Positions 46,889 through 56,144 of a DNA stretch of 64,000 nucleotides are shown here, piece by piece. The DNA is from an uncultured Gammaproteobacteria bacterium (GTDB lineage Bacteria > Patescibacteriota > Patescibacteriia > SG8-24 > DYFX01), in NCBI GenBank assembly GCA_964404275.1, contig CAYOJH010000002.1, forward strand, positions 19,042 to 83,041, given 5' to 3'. The first letter of the stretch is position 1. Every line of letters starts with the position of its first letter. Both the position numbers and the translations under genes were made by a program. Below the pieces are notes generated by a model. That model had not been told where the DNA came from, did no database searches, and worked only from the letters and a program-made list of their open reading frames with translations.

Positions 46889-47986
46889 ATGAAATCTTTT
46901 TTCAACCGCTATCGCGCGCACCAGAAAGGCTTCAGCTCGCGTTTCCGTTTCATGAAGGCCGCGCATGAGATGGGTGGAAAAAAAATCCTGCTCGTCACGT
47001 ACGAATATCCGCCCGACCTGGGCGGCGTGGCCAGTTACCTCGGAGGACTCTTCGGCGCGCTGCCGGAGGTGCGCGTGCTGAAGCTTCCGCAGCCAAAATT
47101 CCCGTTCGCCTGGCTCCTGCAATTGCCGAAGATGTGGAAAGCCGCCCGCGCGGCGGATCTTGTGGCCGTTTCGCATCTCCTGCCGCTTGGCACGGCGGCC
47201 ATGCTCTTAGGAAAACCGTACGTCGTCGTCGTCCACGGCCTCGATCTGCGCCTGGCGCGCCGAAAGAAAGGTCTGGCGTCGCGCGTCTTGAAGAAGGCCA
47301 GGCTCATCGTGGCCAACAGTCGCTCGACCGCTTCGGAATTGCCGTTCTTCGGCCTGCCGGCCGCGTCGGCGCTCGTCCTGACGCCCGGGTTCGATCCTTC
47401 GTTCGAAAAATTCGCCGAAAAGGCGGGGCACTCCGCCTTCCAGGCCTCGCTCCTGTCCGTCGGCCGGTTCGTGCCGCGCAAAGGCTTCGACCGTTTGATC
47501 GGCCTCTTGCCCAAGCTGCGCGAACGATGTGGCGACGTGATGCTGATTTTGGCCGGCTCCGGTCCGGAAGAGGGGAAGCTCCGCCAGGAGGCGAAGAAGC
47601 TCGGCATGAGCGCCCACGTCCAGTTCGTGATCGCGCCGGATCGCGTCACCCTGGCCGCCCACTACTGGGCCTGCGAAGTTTTCGCGCTGGCGGCTCGCGC
47701 CTCCGAAGATGACGTCGAAGGCTTCGGCATCGTCTGCCTGGAAGCCGCGCTGTTCGGCAAGCCGGTCGTGGCCACGCGCGCCGGCGGCCTGGCCGAAGCG
47801 GTGGCGGACAATGAAACGGGCCTTCTGGCCGATCCCGGTTCGGACCAAGAGCTGCTGGAAAAACTCGCTTCGCTTTTCGCGGACCATGAGCGGGCGCGCC
47901 GTTTGGGCGCAGCCGGACGCGCGCGCGTCCTGCGCGACTTCCGCTGGGAAGACCGCGCGAAACTGTTGCGGGAACGCCTGGCATGA
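46889..47986 (+). CDS. Glycosyltransferase family 4
   Basis: EYPP..GGVA.Y, VGRFVPRKG, EGFGIVCLEA...GKPVV; start may be a later Met. Confidence 0.9.
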   Translation: MKSFFNRYRAHQKGFSSRFRFMKAAHEMGGKKILLVTYEYPPDLGGVASYLGGLFGALPEVRVLKLPQPKFPFAWLLQLPKMWKAARAADLVAVSHLLPLGTAAMLLGKPYVVVVHGLDLRLARRKKGLASRVLKKARLIVANSRSTASELPFFGLPAASALVLTPGFDPSFEKFAEKAGHSAFQASLLSVGRFVPRKGFDRLIGLLPKLRERCGDVMLILAGSGPEEGKLRQEAKKLGMSAHVQFVIAPDRVTLAAHYWACEVFALAARASEDDVEGFGIVCLEAALFGKPVVATRAGGLAEAVADNETGLLADPGSDQELLEKLASLFADHERARRLGAAGRARVLRDFRWEDRAKLLRERLA

Positions 47987-48690
47987 AAAAAATTTCCGTC
48001 ATCATCCCGTGCTACAACCACGCCTCCACGATCGGCCGCTGCCTGGAGAGCGTTTTCGCGCAGACGTACGAAAACGTCGAAGTGATCGTGGTTGACGACG
48101 GCTCGCGGGACGCGCTGGATGCCGCCCTCGCGCTGTTTCGCGATCGCGTCCGCGTGATCCGCCAGCACAACCAAGGCGGACCCGCCGCCCGCAACCGCGG
48201 CTTCCGCGAATCGACGGGCGACTTCGTGATGTTCTGCGACGCCGACGCGCGTTTGCGGAAAGACGCCCTTGAAAAATTGTCGGCGGCGCTCGAGGCGCAT
48301 CCCGAAGCGGCCTACGCCTATGCTTCTTTCAGATTCGGCTGGAAAAAATTCCCGCTCGGTCCGTTCGATCCCGAACGCCTCAAGAAGCATAATTACATCC
48401 ACACGGGGTCCTTGATCCGCCGCGAAGCCTTTCCGGGTTTCGACGAGACGCTCAAGCGCTTCCAGGACTGGGACCTTTGGCTTACGATGATGGAGCAAGG
48501 GAAGACCGGCATTTGGGTTCCCGAAATGCTGAGCAAGGTCCACGTCTCCTCGAAGCGAGGCGGCATCTCGAATTGGCTGCCGAAATTCGTCTACCGTCTG
48601 CCCTGGCGCCTGCTCGGCTGGAAACCGAAGCGCCTCTCCGACTACGAAGAGGCCGCGACCGTGATCCGAAAAAAACATCGCCTGGCATGA
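47983..48690 (+). CDS. Glycosyltransferase family 2
   Basis: SVIIPCYN, VVDDGS.D, ARNRG, FCDAD, QDWDLWL. Confidence 0.9.
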   Translation: MKKISVIIPCYNHASTIGRCLESVFAQTYENVEVIVVDDGSRDALDAALALFRDRVRVIRQHNQGGPAARNRGFRESTGDFVMFCDADARLRKDALEKLSAALEAHPEAAYAYASFRFGWKKFPLGPFDPERLKKHNYIHTGSLIRREAFPGFDETLKRFQDWDLWLTMMEQGKTGIWVPEMLSKVHVSSKRGGISNWLPKFVYRLPWRLLGWKPKRLSDYEEAATVIRKKHRLA

Positions 48691-49574
48691 GCCGTCCCGC
48701 CGATCTCTCGATCGTGACCGTCAACTGGAAAGTCGCCGAACTGGTCGGCGAGCTTTTGGGCTCGATCGAAGCCAACAAAGAAGATTTGGCGCTCGAGATT
48801 TTCGTCGTCGACAACGATTCCCGTGACGACCTCGAAAACGTCGTCACGCGTTTCAAGAATCGCTCCGGCATTCCGATCACGCTGATCAAGAACGCGCGGA
48901 ATCTCGGCTTCGCGGCCGCCAATAACATCGCGCTGCGCCGCGCCTCCGGCCGCTACGTCGCCCTGCTCAATCCCGACGCACGCGCGACGCACGGATCCTT
49001 GAAAGCCATGCTTTCCTGGATGGACGCGCATGCGGACGTCGGCATCGCCGGCCCGAAACTCTTGAACGTCGACGGTTCGCTTCAGGCGTCAGTCCGCCGC
49101 TTTCCGACGCTTTGGGATCAGACGCTGATTCTTTTGAAAGTCCAGCACCTCTGGCCCGACGCGCCCGCTTTCAAGCGATACCTGGCGAAGGATTTTGACT
49201 ACGCGAAAGCGCAGGACGTCGATCAGGTCATGGGCGCCGCCTTGTTCGTGCGCCAGGACGTGTTCAAGAAGATCGGCCTGCTCGACGAGGCGTTTTTCAT
49301 CTGGTTCGAGGAGGTGGATTTCTGCAAACGCGCCAAGGACGTCGGCTGGCGCATCGTGTATACACCCATAGCCTCGTTCATCCATCACGGCGGCGCCAGC
49401 TTCGCCAAGGCGATGACCTTCAAGAAACAGCGCTATTTCACGAACAGCATGCGGATCTATTTCGCCAAGCATCGCGGCGCTTGGACGAGCGTCGTGCTGG
49501 CGCTGCCGATGCTCTTCGGCCTCGGTTCCGCCGCGCTCTTTTCCCTATGGACTTCCGCACCCCGCAAATCGTGA
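48687..49574 (+). CDS. Glycosyltransferase family 2 (rhamnosyltransferase-like)
   Basis: VVDNDS.D, NLGFA.ANN, LLNPD, GA.LFVR, DE.FF..FEEVD.C. Confidence 0.9.
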   Translation: MSRPADLSIVTVNWKVAELVGELLGSIEANKEDLALEIFVVDNDSRDDLENVVTRFKNRSGIPITLIKNARNLGFAAANNIALRRASGRYVALLNPDARATHGSLKAMLSWMDAHADVGIAGPKLLNVDGSLQASVRRFPTLWDQTLILLKVQHLWPDAPAFKRYLAKDFDYAKAQDVDQVMGAALFVRQDVFKKIGLLDEAFFIWFEEVDFCKRAKDVGWRIVYTPIASFIHHGGASFAKAMTFKKQRYFTNSMRIYFAKHRGAWTSVVLALPMLFGLGSAALFSLWTSAPRKS

Positions 49575-51073
49575 AAAAACACCTGCCGCTTTTCGTGTTC
49601 CTGCTGTCGGGAACGCTCGAGATGGTGTCGTATTGGGGCTGGCACGCGCCCGAGGTGCGAATTTCGGCGCTGGCGTTCCTCGGCATCGGAGCGCTCGTGC
49701 TGGCGTGCCTTGACTTGCGCTGGCTCTTCGCCCTGGTCCTGATCGAAGCGGTCATCGGCAGCCATGGCCGCCTGTTCTTCGCCGACGTCGGCGGCTTCTC
49801 GCTCTCGCTCAGGATGACGCTCTTCGCCGTCCTGGTCGCGGGCTGGACGCTGCACGCCGCGCGGGGCTGCGCCCGCATCCTGCACTTTCGCCACGTGCAC
49901 GTGGCGGGACCGCTCCTGCTGCTCGTGGCCGCCGTGACCTTGGCGTCCGTGCGCGGCTGGGGGATGGGCGCGCCGCTTTCCGAAATTTTCAACGACGCGA
50001 ACGGGTACGCCTTTCTGCTCCTGATCCCGATCGGACTCGACCTCTTCGCCGACCGTCCGGCCTTCGCCTGGCTCTTGCGGGCGCTCTCCGGCGCCGTCGC
50101 CTGGCTCTGCGCGAAGAGCTTGCTGCTCTTGTATGTCTTTTCGCACTCGTTCAAAGGCGGCTTCTTGCCGGATCTCTACGCTTGGCAGCGCAAATTCGGC
50201 CTGACGGAGATCACGCATCTTTCCGGCGGGGCGGTCCGCGTCTTCGCCGCTTCGGACGTCCTGTTGATTCCTGCGCTCGCGCTCGGCGCGCTCTTCGCCT
50301 GGGAAACGAAGCGCCGCTCCGTTTTCCTGTGGACTTCGCTCGTCGGGGCGACCTTGCTGCTCAGCTTGTCGCGCAGCTTCTGGCTCGGCCTGATGGTCGC
50401 GACGACCTTCATGCTGCCGGTCCTGCTGCGCTTCGAGCTCGCGCCGCTCCGCGCGCTCGGCCGGCTGTTCTTGAAAGGCTGCTACGCGATCCTGCTCGGC
50501 GCGGCCCTGCTCGCGGCGCTCGTGCTTTTCCCGCTGCCCAAGCCGGCCGCGAACGCCTCCGCCTGGTCGGTCTACGGCGGACATTTCGTCGACGCGAGCG
50601 ACGCGGCCGTTTCGAGCCGCTGGAACATGCTTCAGCCTTTGCATGACGGCATCGCCGCCGCGCCGATCCTGGGCTCCGGCTTCGGGGCGCAGATCACGTA
50701 TCACTCCGACGATCCGCGCATGCAGGATCTGTATCCGGGCGGCGCCGTCACGACCGGCGCGATCGAATGGCAGTACCTCGAAATCTGGTTCAAGATGGGC
50801 CTCTTCGGCCTCCTGGCCGTGTTTTGGCTGTGGTGGCGGATCGGCCTGCTCTTCTGGAAAACATTCGAGACGGCCCGGGGAGAGGACCGTCTCGTGGCCG
50901 CGGGCTTGATGCTGTCGTTCCTGGCCTTCGTCGTCGCCAATTTGTTCACGCCGTACGTCAATCATCCGCTCGGCTGGTGTTTCCTGACGCTCGTGATCGT
51001 CGGCTTCCATGCCGCCGAAGAACACGCGCGGCCCGAACATCACGAGGTTCCTAGGCCAATTCGGCTCCGTTGA
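49547..51073 (+). CDS. O-antigen ligase/Wzy-like polytopic membrane protein
   Basis: Many TMs; SLSRSFWLG, SRW, PILG.GFG, YLE.W.K.GL.G motifs; alternative GTG start at 49571. Confidence 0.75.
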   Translation: MDFRTPQIVKKHLPLFVFLLSGTLEMVSYWGWHAPEVRISALAFLGIGALVLACLDLRWLFALVLIEAVIGSHGRLFFADVGGFSLSLRMTLFAVLVAGWTLHAARGCARILHFRHVHVAGPLLLLVAAVTLASVRGWGMGAPLSEIFNDANGYAFLLLIPIGLDLFADRPAFAWLLRALSGAVAWLCAKSLLLLYVFSHSFKGGFLPDLYAWQRKFGLTEITHLSGGAVRVFAASDVLLIPALALGALFAWETKRRSVFLWTSLVGATLLLSLSRSFWLGLMVATTFMLPVLLRFELAPLRALGRLFLKGCYAILLGAALLAALVLFPLPKPAANASAWSVYGGHFVDASDAAVSSRWNMLQPLHDGIAAAPILGSGFGAQITYHSDDPRMQDLYPGGAVTTGAIEWQYLEIWFKMGLFGLLAVFWLWWRIGLLFWKTFETARGEDRLVAAGLMLSFLAFVVANLFTPYVNHPLGWCFLTLVIVGFHAAEEHARPEHHEVPRPIRLR

Positions 51074-52013
51074 AATCGGGATGGCCGTTCAAAAAAGCTT
51101 TCGCTTCGATTTCGTTTTTTCCTTCGAGCTGAATCGTCTTGAGAAGGAGGGAACCCGTGCCGCAATTCACGCCGAGCGTGCCGTCGGACAATGCGCAGAC
51201 GGTGCCATGTTTTCCGCTCGCATCGCAGAAGCTGGTCGGATGGAGCAAGGAGGCTTTCTTGATCGTGAGCTTCAGGGGTTTGCCTTTGCGGGTCCAGGTC
51301 GTGAAGGCTTCCGGCCAGGGCTGCATGGCACGGACGAAACGTTCGATTTCGACGGCGGATTTCGACCAGTCGATGCGTCCGTGCCCGCGCTCCAGGATGC
51401 CGGCATAGCTCGCTTGGGAGTGGTCCTGGGCTTTCGGCTGGAGCGCGCCGCCGAGATAGGCCTTGAGCGTCGGCAAGATCAGGTCCGCGCCGAGCGCCGA
51501 GAGCTTGCTCGTCAGCGTCGTGGTCGTGTCGTCATCGGCGATCGGCAGGCGCGCCACGCCAAGCACTGGGCCTTCATCCATTTTTTCGTTCATGACCATG
51601 ATCGTCACGCCGGTTTCTTTTTCGCCCGCGGCGATGGCGGCGGAGATCGGCGAGGCGCCGCGATAGTTCGGCAAGATCGACGCATGCACGTTCACGCCGC
51701 CGAAGGCGGGAATTTCCAAAAGCGTACGCGGCAGGATTTTTCCATATGAGACGACGACGAAAGCTTGGACGCCGAGACGCTGGAAATGGGCGAGGGCGGC
51801 TTCGTCACGCAGGGATTCCGGCTGGAAGACCGGCAGCCCGAGGCCGAGCGCGGCGCGTTTGACGTCCGGCGCGGTCAGGACCTTTTTGCGTCCGGCCGGA
51901 CGGTCCGGCTGCGTCACGACCTCGAGAATCGAAAAATCCCCGTCGGCGGCCAGGCGCTCGAGCACGGGGACGGCGAAATCCGAAGTGCCGAAGAAGGCGA
52001 TCTTAGACGTCAT
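51051..52013 (-). CDS. fmt: Methionyl-tRNA formyltransferase
   Basis: FFGT.DFAVP, VTQPDRP.GR, YGKILP, NVHAS.LP.YRGASPI, MDEGP. Confidence 0.96.
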   Translation of the reverse strand: MTSKIAFFGTSDFAVPVLERLAADGDFSILEVVTQPDRPAGRKKVLTAPDVKRAALGLGLPVFQPESLRDEAALAHFQRLGVQAFVVVSYGKILPRTLLEIPAFGGVNVHASILPNYRGASPISAAIAAGEKETGVTIMVMNEKMDEGPVLGVARLPIADDDTTTTLTSKLSALGADLILPTLKAYLGGALQPKAQDHSQASYAGILERGHGRIDWSKSAVEIERFVRAMQPWPEAFTTWTRKGKPLKLTIKKASLLHPTSFCDASGKHGTVCALSDGTLGVNCGTGSLLLKTIQLEGKNEIEAKAFLNGHPDFNGAELA

Positions 52014-52467
52014 AGACTTTTTTGGCGCGGTCGACGAACAGCACGCCATCGAGGTGATCGAGCTCGTGCTGCAAGACGCGGGCGAAAAATCCGTGCGCGT
52101 CGTGCGTGACCGGCTTGCCCTCGCGATCGAGTCCCTTGAGCGTGAAGCCGCGCGCGCGGCGGACGATGCCCCATTTGCCGGGAACCGACAAACAGCCCTC
52201 TTCGCCGTCCTCCATGCGCCAGGATTTCTTGACCAGCACGGGGTTGATGACGATGTGCGGCGTCTTGCCGTCGACGGCCACGAAGACGCGAACCCAGCGC
52301 CCCGCTTGCGGAGCGGCGATGCCGACGCCGTCGGCTTTCCACATGGTTTCGACGAGATCGTCGAGCCAGACCTGGAAGTCCGGGGTGGAAATGTCTTTGG
52401 GATCGACCTCGGCCGAACGGGTCCTGAGCTGCGGATTCGGCAGGGTCACGATGGGTAATTTGGCCAT
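52003..52467 (-). CDS. def: Peptide deformylase
   Basis: GVGIAAPQ, EGCLSVPG, QHELDHLDG. Confidence 0.96.
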   Translation of the reverse strand: MAKLPIVTLPNPQLRTRSAEVDPKDISTPDFQVWLDDLVETMWKADGVGIAAPQAGRWVRVFVAVDGKTPHIVINPVLVKKSWRMEDGEEGCLSVPGKWGIVRRARGFTLKGLDREGKPVTHDAHGFFARVLQHELDHLDGVLFVDRAKKVYDV

Positions 52468-52486
52468 AGAAAACGCGCTCAACCTA

Positions 52487-52753
52487 TCACTTTTTGGGGT
52501 TTTTGGCAAGCCACATGAAGAGCTTGCGGGGACTGGCCACATTGGCGCTTTCGCTCTTGAGTTCGGCGAAAATCGCGCGTGCCTTCGGAATGCCCATGCG
52601 GGTGATGACCCCGAGGTACATGCCGAACTTTTTGCGTTCGTTGAAATAGATGCTCATCTCCTCGGCCAAGACATGCGCTTCCGAATGGAGCCGCTTGTTG
52701 ACCGTTGCGCCCGCGCGCTTCTTGATGACGCCGCCGATGCCTTCCATGCTCAT
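52487..52753 (-). CDS. Small basic helical hypothetical protein
   Basis: ATGA overlap with the upstream gene; in operon with def-fmt. Confidence 0.65.
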   Translation of the reverse strand: MSMEGIGGVIKKRAGATVNKRLHSEAHVLAEEMSIYFNERKKFGMYLGVITRMGIPKARAIFAELKSESANVASPRKLFMWLAKNPKK

Positions 52754-53544
52754 GCGAGTTTGTAGTTGGCCGTGAGATAGCCGATGCCGAACGGACTTTC
52801 GTACGAAAGAATTTCGGGCGCGGCTTCGATGCCGTCCATGATGCCCGAGAGGATCGTGAGCGACGGCAGCGCGCACTGCGCGGCCTTCTCGGCCAGCTGC
52901 GGCTCGAACGTCACGAAGGCCGAAGGTTTTTTCTCCTGGAGGATCGCCAGGACCTTGTCGTCGAACTTTTTTCCGTACGGCGAATAGCCGGCGGGGGACG
53001 AGCGCGCCAGGCGATGCGAGAGATCGACCGAGCCGATCACGGCCACGCGGCGGTCGGCATGCATCAGGACTTCCTGGATGGCTTGGCCGAATTCGAAGTG
53101 CGCCTTGAGCGGCAGTTGCGACGGCGAGACCGGCAGGATCGCGACGGGCGAGAGACGCGACGCGAGGTAGGTCAGCGGTACCACGACGCCGTAATCGAGG
53201 CCGGCGTCGGAGCGCAGCATGAACGGCACGCCGCGGTCTTCGAGATGCTCCTTGAGCGCGCTGGCCAGGCGGAAATCGGAACGGAATTCGAGCGGCACCT
53301 CGAACACGCCGAAATTCTTGAGATCGGGTTCGTAGCGCTCGCGAAGCTCCATCGTGAAGTGGTCCGCTTCGACGCGGCCGTGCGGAGAAACGATCAGGAT
53401 CGCGTCGGGCCGCGCGGCGTAGAGGTCCTGTTCGAGCCGGCGCAGCGCGGTCAAGGTCTTCTTGAGCTTCTTCAAATGCTCCTTGCCGACTGAGGGCAGG
53501 AGAACCGGCGTGTGCGGGACGATGGCGGAAAAGACGAGAGACAT
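52750..53544 (-). CDS. MEMO1/LigB-fold protein (AmmeMemoRadiSam protein B-like)
   Basis: VPH.P.L.P..G, SPHG, LDYG..VPL, S.DLSH, YE.PFG.GY. Confidence 0.8.
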   Translation of the reverse strand: MSLVFSAIVPHTPVLLPSVGKEHLKKLKKTLTALRRLEQDLYAARPDAILIVSPHGRVEADHFTMELRERYEPDLKNFGVFEVPLEFRSDFRLASALKEHLEDRGVPFMLRSDAGLDYGVVVPLTYLASRLSPVAILPVSPSQLPLKAHFEFGQAIQEVLMHADRRVAVIGSVDLSHRLARSSPAGYSPYGKKFDDKVLAILQEKKPSAFVTFEPQLAEKAAQCALPSLTILSGIMDGIEAAPEILSYESPFGIGYLTANYKLA

Positions 53545-53545
53545 G

Positions 53546-54958
53546 TTATTGGGCCAAGGCGGTTTGCGCGGAGGCCGGCGCCGCGGCCGGGATGCCGGTG
53601 ACCGGCTGGCCGAGCGGGTGCAGGTTCAAGACGGCGTCGGTCGTCCAGATGATGCGCTTCCAGGAATAGCCGAGCTGTTCGAAGGCTTCGCCCGAGATGA
53701 TCGGCCGACGCTGGCCGTTCGAAATCACGAAGACCGCCTTGTGCGCGCCGGGGCTGGTGATCAGATCGCCGTCATTGAAGAGGAGAGGAGAGGCCGTCTC
53801 GTATTTCGCGAGCGCGTCCGGCGCGACGACGCTGATCCGCTTGTTCGGATAATCGGCTTTCATGATTGAGGCGTCGATGATCGGGCTCTTCTTGCCGCCT
53901 TCGACGAAATAGACGCCGCCGGTCTTTTTGTCCTGAAGCAGGGCGCCGGTCGGGTAGGCGCTCTTCAGCGTGATCGGGTCGCCATCGGCGTACGGCGCGA
54001 GGTCGGTCGGATCGACGTCATCGACTTCTTCCGGATCGAAGCCGATCTCGCGGAAGACTTCCATCGAGGCGATCGGCCGCTTTTTGTCGCCGACCAAAAG
54101 ATAGATGGTTCCCGTGCCCGGATCGCGGACGAGGGAATAGTCGGCGAATTGGATCGGCGCGCCGTCTTCAAAACCGGCCAGCACCGCGTCGGAGACGGGG
54201 ATGATTTTTTTCGCGTCGACGCGCGTATGCAGCGCACTCTTGTTGGCGAAGGCGCGCTTCAGGCCGCTCTGGATCAGATAGACCGTGCCGTCGGAACCGG
54301 AGAGCGCCGAGCCGTCCGGATAACCGAGCGAGAACCACTGGTCCCAGATCGTCCGCAGATTCTGGTTGCCGTGGAGATGCGGCGTATACGTATAGAGGAT
54401 GGCCGAAGCGAGGTTGGCGGGGGTCACCTGCTGGCCGTCGATGGCCACGGAGATGCCGGGAAAATAGCCGAAGGACCGCGCGGCGCCCGAGGTGTCCTGA
54501 TCGTAGATGTAGCGCACGAACGAGGCCGCGTTCACGATCTGCGAGGTGAAGCCGCGATAGCGCTGCCAGTTCGGGTCGTCGCAGGTCGAGCCGTCTGGGC
54601 GTCCGTAACCGGCGGCCCAATCGATCTGGCATTGACTGGGACCGCGGTCATCCACCAGGCTCTGCTCTTTCTGGATGAGGGCGAGCAGGAAGCGCGGATT
54701 CACGCCGGCCGCCTTGCCGTAGTAGTCGACGAGATAGCCCGGCGTCTTCATGGAGCCGTCGAGATCCGTAAATTTCATGGACGCCAGCGCGCCGCCGTGG
54801 GCCACCAGGAATTTTTGCGAAAAGCCGTCCGGCACGTTGATATCGGTCAGGTCGCTGTCGGACAGGACGTAGCCCGGATCGGCGTCCGAGGCGGCGCGCA
54901 CGGGAAATGCGGCCATGAGCAGCGAAATCTGCAGGAAAATCAGCAAGAATTTGCGCAT
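53546..54958 (-). CDS. Secreted protein: lysozyme-like N-terminal domain plus four C-terminal beta-repeats
   Basis: Signal peptide; NPRFLL..IQKEQSL, N.A...LY.YTPH; repeats Y(L/F)...G.KR/K.(F/I). Confidence 0.7.
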   Translation of the reverse strand: MRKFLLIFLQISLLMAAFPVRAASDADPGYVLSDSDLTDINVPDGFSQKFLVAHGGALASMKFTDLDGSMKTPGYLVDYYGKAAGVNPRFLLALIQKEQSLVDDRGPSQCQIDWAAGYGRPDGSTCDDPNWQRYRGFTSQIVNAASFVRYIYDQDTSGAARSFGYFPGISVAIDGQQVTPANLASAILYTYTPHLHGNQNLRTIWDQWFSLGYPDGSALSGSDGTVYLIQSGLKRAFANKSALHTRVDAKKIIPVSDAVLAGFEDGAPIQFADYSLVRDPGTGTIYLLVGDKKRPIASMEVFREIGFDPEEVDDVDPTDLAPYADGDPITLKSAYPTGALLQDKKTGGVYFVEGGKKSPIIDASIMKADYPNKRISVVAPDALAKYETASPLLFNDGDLITSPGAHKAVFVISNGQRRPIISGEAFEQLGYSWKRIIWTTDAVLNLHPLGQPVTGIPAAAPASAQTALAQ

Positions 54959-55022
54959 AAGCGCCCTCAGCATAGCACGCGAAAAGGTTGATTGGCAATC
55001 GCCCGGCAGGTACCATGGCGGC

Positions 55023-56144
55023 ATGGATATCCGCACACCCCGTTCCAGATTTTTGAGAGCGTCCGGTCTCGTTTTTTTGAACATCGCGGTCGCGCTGACG
55101 GTGCACTTCGCCTGGTCGGCCTGGCTGCCGGCGGCCGGCGCCGCGCAGAAACCGGTCGCGCCGCTTACGGACGAAGGCCGCATGATCCAGACGATCGCCA
55201 AAACGTCGCCGGCCGTCGTCTCGATCGTCGTCCAGCAGCATGGACCGAACGATGCGATCATCAACGTCGGCAGCGGTACCGGCTTTCTGGTCGACGCGAA
55301 CGGCCTGATCGCCACCAACCGCCACGTGGCCTTTCGCCGCGACGCCGTGCTGACGGTCCTCCTGAGCGACGGACGCTCGTTCCCCGCGCAGGTGGCCGAC
55401 ATCGATCCGGTCAACGATTTGGCGCTGCTCAAAATCGAGGCGTCCGGCTTGCCGACCTTGGCGCTCGAAACCGATGACAACCTGCATCTCGGCCAGACCA
55501 CGATCGCGATCGGCAACGCGCTCGGCAAATACGCCAACACCGTCACGCACGGCATCCTTTCGGGCGTCGATCGCAACATCGATGCCGCCAACAACGTGAC
55601 GGGCGCGACCGAACAGCTGGAAGAATTGCTGCAGACCGACGCCGCCATCAACGAAGGCAACTCCGGCGGCCCGCTCCTGAACCTGGGCGGCAAGGTCATC
55701 GGCATGAACACGGCGGTCGAGACGGACGCGCAGGGCCTCGGCTTCGCGATTCCGGCTTCCGAAATTCGCAAAGTCGTCGATTCCTACCATATGTACGGAG
55801 CGATCGCGCGTCCGCGCCTCGGCGTCCGCTATTTCATGATCACGCCCGACCTGCAGATCGAAAAGAAGCTTCCGTACGGCTACGGCGCGCTGGTCGGGAC
55901 CGATACGCCGGGCGAGCCCGTCGTGCTGGCCAACAGCCCCGCCGCCGCGGCCGGCCTCATGGACGGCGACATCATCCTCGAGATCAACGGCAAAAAGCTC
56001 GAAGGCAAGATGACGCTGGCTAAAGTCGTCTTGGGCTTGCATGTCGGCGACGCGATCGCGCTGAAAGTCGTGCGCGGCGGCGTGGAGCTGACGCTGACCG
56101 CCCGGCTCGACGCCCAGCCGCCGTACGTCACGGACGCGCCATGA
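55023..56144 (+). CDS. HtrA/DegP-family serine protease (trypsin + PDZ)
   Basis: GTGF, TNRHV, DLALLK, QTDAAINEGNSGGPL, C-terminal PDZ; N-terminal TM. Confidence 0.93.
   Translation: MDIRTPRSRFLRASGLVFLNIAVALTVHFAWSAWLPAAGAAQKPVAPLTDEGRMIQTIAKTSPAVVSIVVQQHGPNDAIINVGSGTGFLVDANGLIATNRHVAFRRDAVLTVLLSDGRSFPAQVADIDPVNDLALLKIEASGLPTLALETDDNLHLGQTTIAIGNALGKYANTVTHGILSGVDRNIDAANNVTGATEQLEELLQTDAAINEGNSGGPLLNLGGKVIGMNTAVETDAQGLGFAIPASEIRKVVDSYHMYGAIARPRLGVRYFMITPDLQIEKKLPYGYGALVGTDTPGEPVVLANSPAAAAGLMDGDIILEINGKKLEGKMTLAKVVLGLHVGDAIALKVVRGGVELTLTARLDAQPPYVTDAP

Noticed and set aside
54959-55771. N-terminal 271 aa of the 741-aa ORF 53546-55771
   Set aside because: Antisense to htrA; the real start is 54958, where the signal peptide begins
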